Positions 10,901-18,583 of a stretch of 42,764 nucleotides of DNA are shown here, in pieces; the stretch's first letter is position 1; the number at the start of each line of letters is the position of its first letter. Source of the stretch: Acutalibacteraceae bacterium (GTDB lineage: Bacteria > Bacillota > Clostridia > Oscillospirales > Acutalibacteraceae). Location: the NCBI GenBank assembly GCA_051893965.1, contig JBJFHW010000232.1, positions 1-42,764 of the forward strand, in the 5' to 3' direction. A model generated the notes under the pieces. That model made no database searches. It saw only the letters and a program-made list of their open reading frames with translations, and had not been told where the DNA came from. The translations under genes were made by a program, and so were the position numbers.

Positions 10901-11483
10901 TGTTTGCGCACTTCGCACACAGCTGAGTGCTTTGATGCCGACGCTTGACATTGATATGGTGTTCCAGGGTCATGACCATGTTTATATGAGAACCGCTTCC
11001 ATCATCAACAATGAAAAAGCGGCAACCCAAACAACCTATCTGATTAAAGACGGCAACTATTACAAAACACAGATTCAGCCCGAAGGAACATCTTATGTAA
11101 TCACCGGCTGTTCGGGTGTTAAATCCTATATTGCAAACGACAATACAAAAACAGATAAATACTTCCCGAGAGCGGAAAAGATTTATTCTGTTGATTGCCC
11201 GATGTTTGCCGCAGTTCAGATTGAGGACGGCGTTCTTTATTTCGATGCTTACACCGTCAAAGACGGCGAAGCAACCGCAGTGGACCGCTTTGCCATTCAA
11301 AAAGACACAACGCAGGGCGAAGTTGCCGCAGATTATGAAGAAGCCGAACAAGCGGATAATGAAAGCAGTGCAACTTCCTTCCTGAAGACACTGATTGAAT
11401 ACATTCTCAAAGTATTCAAGATTGTCTGGAACATTTTCGCAATTTATATTGTCGGCATTGATGTTAAACAGGTTAACAAATAA
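7962..11483 (+). CDS. secreted, C-terminally membrane-anchored protein with two calcineurin-like metallophosphoesterase domains
   Basis: 1173 aa, AAGGAGGA RBS, signal peptide present.
- Domain 1 motifs: SDIHY, GDLTKD, NGNHD, HHN, GHLH.
- Domain 2 is purple-acid-phosphatase-like: FFHMTDPQ, TGDLVDHGDN, SGNHE, HKAIYS, GHDHVY.
- Hydrophobic C-terminal helix. Confidence 0.85.
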   Translation: MKKLRKILAVVLCLAMLTGIIQITSVAADERTVSSLPFMSVSDIHYYPESLMGNKTDDWLEFCRLDSKMYNESEQILRTGLDTMVARAKKQGVKYILVPGDLTKDSEYEAHAGLAAIFEEYQEKYGVQFLVINGNHDVNTTKACTFENDKKESTRAITAAEFPQVYAKCGYADAVDRYAYPENGDKIQGALSYVYDLDDNYRLIVVDSCKYSFDEPGKDETGGNISPELMSWIKSWADKSKEDGKVPFLMIHHNMAPHMEVEPSITFAFPLEDYLSVSEQFASWGINYTFSGHLHTNDIASVTNDDGQTLYDFETASLTGYPNTYRENVISKKANGETSMQSTAVDFDDVAKMTFDGITYDNNTYKYRAFDLCFGGGISDSGKADVTAFLVGIVKNYAGSYITQINEAGGIVPFLKTMGIDLEQILSDFLYPYIGNGFKIGSYNIFSVDNLMWFINDLCDQISDLYLKEPEKLYALLTDVVDELMSMQISDVPCTKFLNTLGFGDASKPGTLGDAVLTAMTYWYTGNEDISDDTFIKDVIDKFENGDSASKLFYKLIDLVLHDLLEDGILSKLEIRVDKLLADTKIQKKMGEGINYLLYYVLKGNFSYMNLVDTVFALGVLPYKDLYDVLDQLLFQKYLTDSQLESIGIFIAYVLSDFTTDENPKLHGDSGVTYTNSVVTAEATRENYRLPTMVSVTMGEDSQTQATVNWFSKYSLDGDIEIYKADSEPTFTGVPTTDADFTISKESKTVTRSYPGIDLGIIGLFQYAFEMKQHTVTLSDLEPGATYYYRVGNAKYGWWSETGKITTADGSNNVTFFHMTDPQSQNTRQYNRAWKNVLNTAFTLYPDADFILNTGDLVDHGDNNKQWQYMFDCGADTLMNTYMMPVSGNHEAMGTNATANYFVLPNMPKQDTTSGVYYSFDYNNVHIAVLNTNALEEDDSLSKEQIEWLTNDMNSSDAQWKFVALHKAIYSQGSHYDDDDVCALRTQLSALMPTLDIDMVFQGHDHVYMRTASIINNEKAATQTTYLIKDGNYYKTQIQPEGTSYVITGCSGVKSYIANDNTKTDKYFPRAEKIYSVDCPMFAAVQIEDGVLYFDAYTVKDGEATAVDRFAIQKDTTQGEVAADYEEAEQADNESSATSFLKTLIEYILKVFKIVWNIFAIYIVGIDVKQVNK

Positions 11484-11499
11484 GCTTTAACAAAAATCA

Positions 11500-11547
11500 G
11501 CAGTGAAAGAAGCAATTGAAAATCATGCTTCCTTCACTGCTTTTTTT
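11500..11547 (+). terminator. intrinsic terminator
   Basis: 14-bp stem GCAGTGAAAGAAGC / GCTTCCTTCACTGC (1 mismatch) followed by TTTTTTT. Confidence 0.75.
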
Positions 11548-11813
11548 GAAACATAAAAAATTAAGACAACCTCTCAAACATTTATGCGCCTTTTAAAGTA
11601 CACAAATTAATGACGTCTTTATCCGTTAAGCTTTGAAAAAATGGTATCATATGTTTCTTTTGTCAATACCGCAATGTTTTGGTAATCGCCTAAACAAAAT
11701 GTTGCCAAATGCAGGCTGTTGTGCTAAAATGTTTTTGTTTTTGCAATCGGTCGTTCATTTCACCGATGATTTTTTAACTTGTTGTATTTTAAATTTCTAA
11801 AGGACAGACATAA

Positions 11814-13064
11814 ATGGAAACAAAAAAACAAAGGATAATCTGGCTCGACCAGCTGAAAGCAATTGCATTTTTATTTGTCATTATCGGTCATCTTGAAATA
11901 TCGGAAGAATTCAAATCATGGATATATTCATTTCATATGCCGCTTTTTTTCTTTATTTCAGGCTTTACCATGAATATCAAAAAAACATATTCCACACCGT
12001 TTCCTGAATATTTTAAAAAAATTTCTAAACGAATTCTTTTTCCCTATTTTTGGATTTCTCTTGTGATTTTGCCGTTTAAATATTTAAGAGTCGAATATAT
12101 TGAACATCAGGAAATGCCGATTGCAGAAAACATCATGGGCATTTTTGTAAGCCACAGCAGCCTTTGTCAGATGGTTTCGCTCCCACTGTATTTTTTGACA
12201 CTTTTATTTTTGGCGCAGCTTTTGCTCTGGATGCTGATTAAGCTTTCCAAAGGTCAATTTTCAATGGTTTTAATTTTATCAGCTTCTATTCTGCCTGTTA
12301 GCCTTTGCACAATTGATAAACCTATGCCCTGGCATATCAATGTTGTGCCGGCAGCTGTTTTTATGATGTGCATCGGAAAAGTGCTGAAAAATTTATATGT
12401 TTCATATGACGACAAAATTCAAAACTGTTCAATTCCAAAATATCTTCTTGCTGGTTTTCTCTTTTTTTCAGCAGGATATTGGATTTGGAAATATAACGGC
12501 CGAATAAGCATATTCGGTAATATATACGGCGAAGATTTTTTTCTTTGTGTTTTAAGTGCCGCTGCAACAAGCTGTGCTTTGGCAATGATTGTAATGAAAT
12601 TACCCGAAATCAAAGTTTTAACATACTTTGGTCAGAATACCTTGCTTTATCTGGGCATGCATTATGAACTTATACGGCTTTTGGGCAGCTTTGAAGAATA
12701 TGAAAACAAGGCATGGTTCATCGCCGCGGCAACGGTTGTTATATCCGTTTTGCTTGTTCTGATTTCACTGATCATTCAAAAATTTCAGCCCTATGTTATG
12801 GGAATACCGATAAAAAGAGAAACACTGCCGGTTAAAATCGGAAAATACTTTTCTGTTTTTGAAGTTACAGTTGTGTTTTTTATAACAACCGTAAAGAAAG
12901 CTGCAAACGGTTTTTTCAGTTCAAGTATCATAAGCTTTATTTGCTCTTTAATTATTTATCTGAGCCTTTGTTTGCTTGTTACAACAGTTATAAACAAATA
13001 TTTTCCCGTCATTTTCATGCAGTCAAAACAATCAAATAAAATTAAGCAACATTCAATCTTATAA
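11814..13064 (+). CDS. acyltransferase family 3 membrane protein
   Basis: 416 aa, polytopic. The N-terminal IIWLDQLKAIAFLFVIIGH motif is typical of the Acyl_transf_3 family. Confidence 0.75.
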   Translation: METKKQRIIWLDQLKAIAFLFVIIGHLEISEEFKSWIYSFHMPLFFFISGFTMNIKKTYSTPFPEYFKKISKRILFPYFWISLVILPFKYLRVEYIEHQEMPIAENIMGIFVSHSSLCQMVSLPLYFLTLLFLAQLLLWMLIKLSKGQFSMVLILSASILPVSLCTIDKPMPWHINVVPAAVFMMCIGKVLKNLYVSYDDKIQNCSIPKYLLAGFLFFSAGYWIWKYNGRISIFGNIYGEDFFLCVLSAAATSCALAMIVMKLPEIKVLTYFGQNTLLYLGMHYELIRLLGSFEEYENKAWFIAAATVVISVLLVLISLIIQKFQPYVMGIPIKRETLPVKIGKYFSVFEVTVVFFITTVKKAANGFFSSSIISFICSLIIYLSLCLLVTTVINKYFPVIFMQSKQSNKIKQHSIL

Positions 13065-13071
13065 AAAAACA

Positions 13072-13108
13072 AAATCACAGCACGAAAACATGCTGTGATT
13101 TTATTTTT
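13072..13108. terminator. bidirectional intrinsic terminator
   Basis: Stem AAATCACAGCA / TGCTGTGATTT flanked by an A-run upstream and a T-run downstream. Shared by convergent genes. Confidence 0.75.
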
Positions 13109-14141
13109 ACCACTTGTTATAAACCTTTTCACAAAAGGCATACATATCTTTGACTTCAAGCACCGTTCCGTCATCAAGCACCGCTTTGCCGCTCCAGAGC
13201 CCGTGCACCTGATGCGTTTTCATTCCGATAAGTCCGAGCGGCATCATATCGTTGAAGTTGTCATAATACGGAACCATTGTCATATCAAATTTTCCGTTTT
13301 CATCAATGAAGTGCCACGGTTTCATCCAGCTTTCGCCGATTTCTGGGTCTTTTTCCAGCCTGACCGTGCCAAGCTTATGGCAAACACCGTCATAAAAAAT
13401 TGCCGTTTCGGTTGCGTTGCTTTCATCGCCGAAGCCCCATGTCAGCTCAAAGCCGAAAAGCTTGCCGTTAAGAAAAGTACTTCCGTTTGCCCAATACCAC
13501 ATATTGCTGTGCGGCCATACGCCCCTGCCCCAGTCAAGAACAGTAAAGGTCTTTTCGTTTGAAAACTCAATTTTCCTGTCGCCGACCGTTACGGTTCCTT
13601 TTGTGGGCATACAGTTAATTTTCTGCGTATAGAAAAATCTGCCTTTTTGCTCAAACGGTGTTGCAATTGTCAGACTTTCATGACGAAGCTGTTTTTCCAT
13701 TGTCAGATCAATGATAAACGGCTTGCCTTTGGCTTTACCCTCAAAATATAAATGCCTTGAATAAACGCCGACATCGAAAACCGCTTTTCTCCCACCTTTT
13801 GCATATTCAAAATGAGACGGCCGGTCTGCATTTTGATCAAGCGGATTTTTATTCGGTGTGATCAGTTCAAGCGCCATATCCGAAACAAATTCGCCTGTTT
13901 TGAGGTTACGGATTTCCGCGGTGAGCGCCGAAGCAATTGAAATGTTAAAAAAGTTGAGTTGAACCATATATTCGCCGTCAGAGGTCTGATAAAAATCCCA
14001 TTCTTTCAGGCGCCATTTGGATGCGCTGATGTTCTCTTTGTTATAAACAAAAAGGTTGTTTTTGCAATAGCCGGGATTGAAAAGCTGACCGTTATCGGCA
14101 AGCAGCGGTGTTTCATAAGTGATCTGGTTTTGTTTGCTCAT
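13107..14141 (-). CDS. DUF2804 domain-containing protein
   Basis: 344 aa, soluble. Overall pattern (WRLKEWDFYQ, WGRGVWP, WYWANGS, FGFELTWGFGD) recalled as DUF2804 from memory. Not verified by search. Confidence 0.65.
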   Translation of the reverse strand: MSKQNQITYETPLLADNGQLFNPGYCKNNLFVYNKENISASKWRLKEWDFYQTSDGEYMVQLNFFNISIASALTAEIRNLKTGEFVSDMALELITPNKNPLDQNADRPSHFEYAKGGRKAVFDVGVYSRHLYFEGKAKGKPFIIDLTMEKQLRHESLTIATPFEQKGRFFYTQKINCMPTKGTVTVGDRKIEFSNEKTFTVLDWGRGVWPHSNMWYWANGSTFLNGKLFGFELTWGFGDESNATETAIFYDGVCHKLGTVRLEKDPEIGESWMKPWHFIDENGKFDMTMVPYYDNFNDMMPLGLIGMKTHQVHGLWSGKAVLDDGTVLEVKDMYAFCEKVYNKW

Positions 14142-14249
14142 CTCATTGACCCTGCGGCAAAAATTTCTTTGTTTTTCTGCCGTTCCTTTCTTATTCTTTC
14201 TTTATCATCTTATTCATGCTCATAAAATAAGATGAATTTCACAAAGGTT

Positions 14250-14278
14250 ATTGTATAATAATGCAATAAAAAAGTCAA
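14250..14278 (-). promoter_or_regulatory. sigma-A type promoter (TTGACT-N17-TACAAT) for the DUF2804 gene
   Basis: On the minus strand, the -35 element is at 14278-14273 and the -10 at 14255-14250, with a 17-nt spacer. A 10-bp AT-rich hairpin (14205-14235) lies in the predicted leader. Confidence 0.5.
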
Positions 14279-14297
14279 CAAAGATGCAATTAATTTT

Positions 14298-14335
14298 GGT
14301 TAAAATAACAACAGCCGCCCGGTTAAAGGCAGCTG
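14298..14335 (-). terminator. intrinsic terminator after the histidine kinase gene
   Basis: On the minus strand, the stem is CAGCTGCC / GGCGGCTG (1 mismatch), followed by TTGTTATTTT. Confidence 0.5.
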
Positions 14336-14350
14336 ATATGGATTCATTTG

Positions 14351-17158
14351 TTAATTCATCTGTCCTGCATCCTGCTGAGGTTCGTAGGCAAGATTATATT
14401 CAACAACAGCGGTAAACAAATCTCCGTTAATTTCAATGTTCAGCTTTCCGCCCTGCAAGCGGCAGAAGTTTTCCGCAATGGAAAGCCCGAGTCCGTTGCC
14501 GTCGGTTGAACGCGAAGCGTCGCCGCGCACAAATCTTGCCATCAGCTCGCTTGCCGGAATGTTCAGCTGATTTTCGGAAATGTTGCGCAAAACGGTTACG
14601 CCTTTTCCGGCATTTTTGAACACACTGAGATAAACTCTCGTGTTCGGCATGGCATATTTTTTAACATTGCCAAGCAGGTTATCAAGCACTCTATATGCCA
14701 TTTTGCTGTCTGCCGAAACAAAAATGTCTTCGTCCTGTGCATCAATCACAAGCGTCAGATTTTTTGCCGAAAGCTCATCTTCATATTCACCCACAAGCTG
14801 CATCACAAGCTCTTTGAGATTCATCTTGATCAGATTCACATTCACATTGCCTGCCTGCGCTTTTGACGCTTCCACAAGGTCTTCAATCAGCCTTTTCAGC
14901 CTTGCGCTTTTATCTTTGAGAACAGCGATATAATTCTTGGCGTCCTCGTCCTGAATGTCACAGCGTGAAAGCAGGTCAACATAATTGATGATGGAGGTCA
15001 GCGGTGTTTTGAGGTCGTGAGAAACGTTTGTAATCAGCTCTGTTTTGGTTCTCTGCTCCTTGACCGCGTTTTCAACGGCAATTTTCAGTCCGTCATTGAT
15101 GGCATTAACATCGTTTGCATAGGCCTTGATGCTTTGCGGCAACCCGTTTGTGTTGATTCGCACATCATAGTTTCCGTTTCTGATCTGATTGACCGCATAC
15201 AAAACGCCGCGAAGATGATAAGCGTATCGGATCATATAAACCAAAATGAAAATGTCATATATGACAAGCGGAACAGCGAACAGGAATGCTGCACCCCATG
15301 AATCGCCACCGGCAAGAATCAATGCAATCAAACCGATAATCATATTCGGCAAAAGAATGAACAAAACGGTCTTTTTCCTGATGTCCTTATAAATATCCTT
15401 GTAAAACGCAGGCTTTGCATTGCGCTTTTCCATGCGCTTTCGGTGAAGAACACGCATTTTCTTGATGAACCAGACAGTAAATATCGTTTCATGAAAGCTT
15501 TTGTTTTTTAGATTTCTTGTAATATATAACAGCCAGTCTGTTAAAAGAAGAACCGCAACCGCCATGCAAAGTGCAGTACCCAAGCTTAAAAGCTCTTCGT
15601 TTGCATCGGTCAGATGATCGAGAAATTCAATCATGCACGCACCCAGCAGAACGATAAGGCCGCCGTTAATTGCCGTTCGCAGCACAAAGAACATTTTATC
15701 GGTAAACATCATGTGAAGTTCATCGTCGCTGTGTCTTCTGCCGCTTTTGATAATCAGAATCACAATGCACAAAATCGTTATGAGAATGCAGACGGCAAGT
15801 TTAATGATAAACACCGTAAACTGATAATAAACCTCGTCATAGGTCTGCTTCATGGTGCTGAAAACATCGTCTTTTGAAAGCGAAGTGTCAAAGCTTATGC
15901 AAAGGGTGTAATCTCCCGCATTTGCAAGTCTTTCTTCAGTGCTCATGCGAATATATTCGTCATAGACCGAGCAATTGCTTTCACTTTCAAGCTTTGCAAA
16001 AAGCTCACCGCAGCTTTGCGTATTCTTCCCGATGTTCTTGACAACGCTCCATTCATTTTGAAGAAATGCCGCTTCAACCACATCGGGGCTATCTTTTGTG
16101 CTTGTTTTGGAAAGGCTTATGAAAAGAACCTTGTTGCTTTTGTTATCAATGACCGCAGCTGAAAAATTCTTATATTTTTCAAGCTGTTTTTCTGTCCAAA
16201 GATAGCTTTCTCTGAACTCGTCATAGCTTGAAAATTTTTCAAGATAAATACTTCCCGAATAATCCTCATAATCATCTTCGCCGTTTTCTGAAAAATACTC
16301 TTCTTTAACGGCATCGCGGTTGACGGTCAATTTATAATAGCCGTCAAGCAGCTGACCTTGATAAATTGTTCTGCACAAAGCAACAACACCGTTTATATCA
16401 CTGTCGTTTTTCACTTTTTCAATCACATTTTCAGGAACATGAAGCGAATAGAAAATATCACCGATTTTTCCACCCGATAACGAATAAGAGTTCTCGGAAT
16501 TTGCAAAGGTTGTCGGCACAACGATACTTTCGCCGGAATCTTCATCATAATAGGTGGTTTCTTCATATTCTTCGGCACCGTGATAATCGTATTCCCCGTC
16601 GCCTAAATAAAAAAACATATCACCGGCAAAATGGGTTGTGTGATCCTGAATTTTTGAAAGTCTGATGAAGCCCTGTTCAACTTTTTCAAAAAGATCCGGC
16701 AGATAGACATCATCCGAAAAGATTTCTTCAAGCTCTTCATCAATTATTTCGTCAACTCTTTTTTCAAGCTGATCGTTCTGCTCGTTTACGAAAGAGTCAT
16801 AAGCTTTCAGATAATTTTTATAAGCCTGCTTGCTTCCGTCACCGTAAACAAGGGCTTTTTCTGTAATGAGATTGACATAATCTATATACTTCTGAGCAAA
16901 CATTTGGCTTGTTTCAAGCTTGAAGTTTTTGCCCTGTGAAAAAATGTTCTCATAATAGGTATCGTCAATCGGCTGCGTGCTGCAATCTGCGGCATAAGCC
17001 ACTGCGCTGAATGTGCCGTAAAAAACAAAAACGGCAATGAGCAAAAATAAAATTGTTTTTACAAAATAAGAGCTGTCAGATTTTTTCAATTTTGTATCCA
17101 ATTCCCCACACCACCTTAATATACATCGGATTTTTTGTGTCGATTTCAATTTTTTCAC
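14351..17158 (-). CDS. sensor histidine kinase with large extracytoplasmic domain
   Basis: H-box NVSHDLKTPLTSI, an N box and a G box (GNGLGLSIAE). One N-terminal TM, an ectodomain of about 400 aa, then five TM segments and a HAMP-like linker. The GTG at 17158 overlaps the RR gene by 83 nt. An alternative TTG at 17089 is possible. Confidence 0.85.
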   Translation of the reverse strand: MKKLKSTQKIRCILRWCGELDTKLKKSDSSYFVKTILFLLIAVFVFYGTFSAVAYAADCSTQPIDDTYYENIFSQGKNFKLETSQMFAQKYIDYVNLITEKALVYGDGSKQAYKNYLKAYDSFVNEQNDQLEKRVDEIIDEELEEIFSDDVYLPDLFEKVEQGFIRLSKIQDHTTHFAGDMFFYLGDGEYDYHGAEEYEETTYYDEDSGESIVVPTTFANSENSYSLSGGKIGDIFYSLHVPENVIEKVKNDSDINGVVALCRTIYQGQLLDGYYKLTVNRDAVKEEYFSENGEDDYEDYSGSIYLEKFSSYDEFRESYLWTEKQLEKYKNFSAAVIDNKSNKVLFISLSKTSTKDSPDVVEAAFLQNEWSVVKNIGKNTQSCGELFAKLESESNCSVYDEYIRMSTEERLANAGDYTLCISFDTSLSKDDVFSTMKQTYDEVYYQFTVFIIKLAVCILITILCIVILIIKSGRRHSDDELHMMFTDKMFFVLRTAINGGLIVLLGACMIEFLDHLTDANEELLSLGTALCMAVAVLLLTDWLLYITRNLKNKSFHETIFTVWFIKKMRVLHRKRMEKRNAKPAFYKDIYKDIRKKTVLFILLPNMIIGLIALILAGGDSWGAAFLFAVPLVIYDIFILVYMIRYAYHLRGVLYAVNQIRNGNYDVRINTNGLPQSIKAYANDVNAINDGLKIAVENAVKEQRTKTELITNVSHDLKTPLTSIINYVDLLSRCDIQDEDAKNYIAVLKDKSARLKRLIEDLVEASKAQAGNVNVNLIKMNLKELVMQLVGEYEDELSAKNLTLVIDAQDEDIFVSADSKMAYRVLDNLLGNVKKYAMPNTRVYLSVFKNAGKGVTVLRNISENQLNIPASELMARFVRGDASRSTDGNGLGLSIAENFCRLQGGKLNIEINGDLFTAVVEYNLAYEPQQDAGQMN

Positions 17159-17768
17159 GGATTCTTCTGATATGTACGGTTACGGTTTTATCTGACGAAA
17201 TGGCTTCTTCATTCCAGATATGCTCATAAATCTGCGCCGAAGAAAGTGTGCAGCCGAGGTTTTGCATCAGATATTCCACAATTTTATATTCCGTTGCGGT
17301 CAGATGCACCGGCTCGCCGTCAAGCGTGACGGTTCTTTTTCTTGTGTCAACGCTCAGGCCTCCCGTTGTGATAACGCCCTCTTTTGTGCCACCGACACTT
17401 CCGAGCGAAACATACCGCCTGATCTGAGATTTGACTCTTGCAATCAGCTCAAGGGGATTAAAGGGCTTTGTTACGTAATCATCGGCGCCGAAGCCAAGCC
17501 CTGCAATTTTATCCGTGTCTTCGCTTTTTGCAGAAAGAAAGATAATCGGCACATTGCTTTTTTCGCGGATTTTCATTGTTGCAACAATTCCGTCCATAAC
17601 AGGCATCATGATGTCCATAACGATGCAGTGGATTTCATTTTCCTGCTCCTTGCGTATTGCCTGCTCGCCGTTATACGCTTTGATAACAGCGAAATCCTGC
17701 GATCGGAGATAAATTTCAATGGAATCAACAATTGCCTTATCGTCATCGCAAACCAAAACATTATACAT
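17076..17768 (-). CDS. OmpR/PhoB-family response regulator
   Basis: Receiver domain (VLVCDDD ... MDIMMP ... K) plus a winged-helix C-terminus (VHIRRIREKIE, IKVVWGIGYKI). The ORF-track GTG at 17786 was trimmed to the ATG at 17768, giving MYNVLVCDDD. Confidence 0.85.
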   Translation of the reverse strand: MYNVLVCDDDKAIVDSIEIYLRSQDFAVIKAYNGEQAIRKEQENEIHCIVMDIMMPVMDGIVATMKIREKSNVPIIFLSAKSEDTDKIAGLGFGADDYVTKPFNPLELIARVKSQIRRYVSLGSVGGTKEGVITTGGLSVDTRKRTVTLDGEPVHLTATEYKIVEYLMQNLGCTLSSAQIYEHIWNEEAISSDKTVTVHIRRIREKIEIDTKNPMYIKVVWGIGYKIEKI

Positions 17769-17962
17769 AATTTTGCCGTGCGGCACTGTCGAACATCACA
17801 GTGCCCTATCCTTTCATTGAACTTTGAAAAAAACTGAAACCGTTCGACGAGAGAGGAAAGCATTTTCTTTTCCTCTCTTTGGTGATATGATATAGGGTAA
17901 AAGTTACAATATGCGCTCATAATTATAACAAATTTATTACGATTTGAAAAGTCGTTTGAAGC

Positions 17963-17990
17963 ATAAAAAATCCGCCGAAAAACGGCGGGC
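17963..17990 (-). terminator. intrinsic terminator
   Basis: On the minus strand, CCCGCCG-ttttt-CGGCGG followed by ATTTTTTAT, directly after the 18012 stop. Confidence 0.7.
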
Positions 17991-18011
17991 TGAAAAATGT
18001 AATAAATCTTA

Positions 18012-18308
18012 TCATTCAATCTTGATTTCTTTTTTGCAGTTCGGACATTCAACAGTTGTTACACCCTTCATAGCTTTGAAGCTGAAGCGCAGTTTTGCGG
18101 TGAAATATCCGCCGGCTTTACAGTGAGGACATCGGCATGTTTTTGAAGCGAGATAGTTTGACGCTTCAAAAATCACAATCGAAACTAAAAATCCGACCCA
18201 GACAGGAAAAGCCTTTGTCACTTTTGCCGTGACGCATAGCACGATAAGGCCGACCAAAGCCAGAACTGTAATCAGAAAAGAAAGAATGATATTTTTGCGT
18301 TTAATCAT
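18012..18308 (-). CDS. small membrane protein with C-terminal zinc-ribbon (CxxC...CxxC)
   Basis: ORF trimmed to the ATG at 18308, which has a GGAAG RBS. 98 aa with two TM helices, then CRCPHCK ... ECPNCKK. Confidence 0.6.
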   Translation of the reverse strand: MIKRKNIILSFLITVLALVGLIVLCVTAKVTKAFPVWVGFLVSIVIFEASNYLASKTCRCPHCKAGGYFTAKLRFSFKAMKGVTTVECPNCKKEIKIE

Positions 18309-18548
18309 AGGGGTCGCTTCCAAATTAAATTGTTAAGACGAAAAACAATCGTTTTAATGTATATAGTTATAGTCCTTGAGACAGAAAAAATCAAGTGAAA
18401 AAATTAGCGAAAACCGTCAAATTTTAATCGGAAGTTTTATTAATTATGATTAATTTAATTATATTTTTTATATATTTTTACTGTTTATATTCATTAATAT
18501 ATTAGTAAGCACAAAAACAATAAATTATATATAGTAAATTTTGCTGTG

Positions 18549-18576
18549 TTGACAACGCAAAAAAAGCTGTTATAAT
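18549..18576 (+). promoter_or_regulatory. sigma-A type promoter with extended -10 (TTGACA-N16-TGtTATAAT), orphan
   Basis: The -35 element TTGACA is at 18549-18554 and TATAAT is at 18571-18576, preceded by TGT. A strongly AT-rich, UP-like tract lies upstream. No plus-strand CDS lies downstream. Confidence 0.55.
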
Positions 18577-18583
18577 AAATAAA

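Noticed and set aside
17220-17837. 205-aa plus-strand ORF. Similar long antisense ORFs are at 24955-25575, 32431-32925, 23468-23944, 10881-11351, 13095-13562, 35690-36160 and 40726-41244.
   Set aside because: All are antisense to genes with clear motifs. They lack an RBS and have odd composition, so I treat them as non-coding.
17606-18052. 148-aa minus-strand ORF bridging the small zinc-ribbon gene and the response regulator
   Set aside because: It overlaps two better-supported genes and spans an intrinsic terminator and a promoter region. No motifs were seen.
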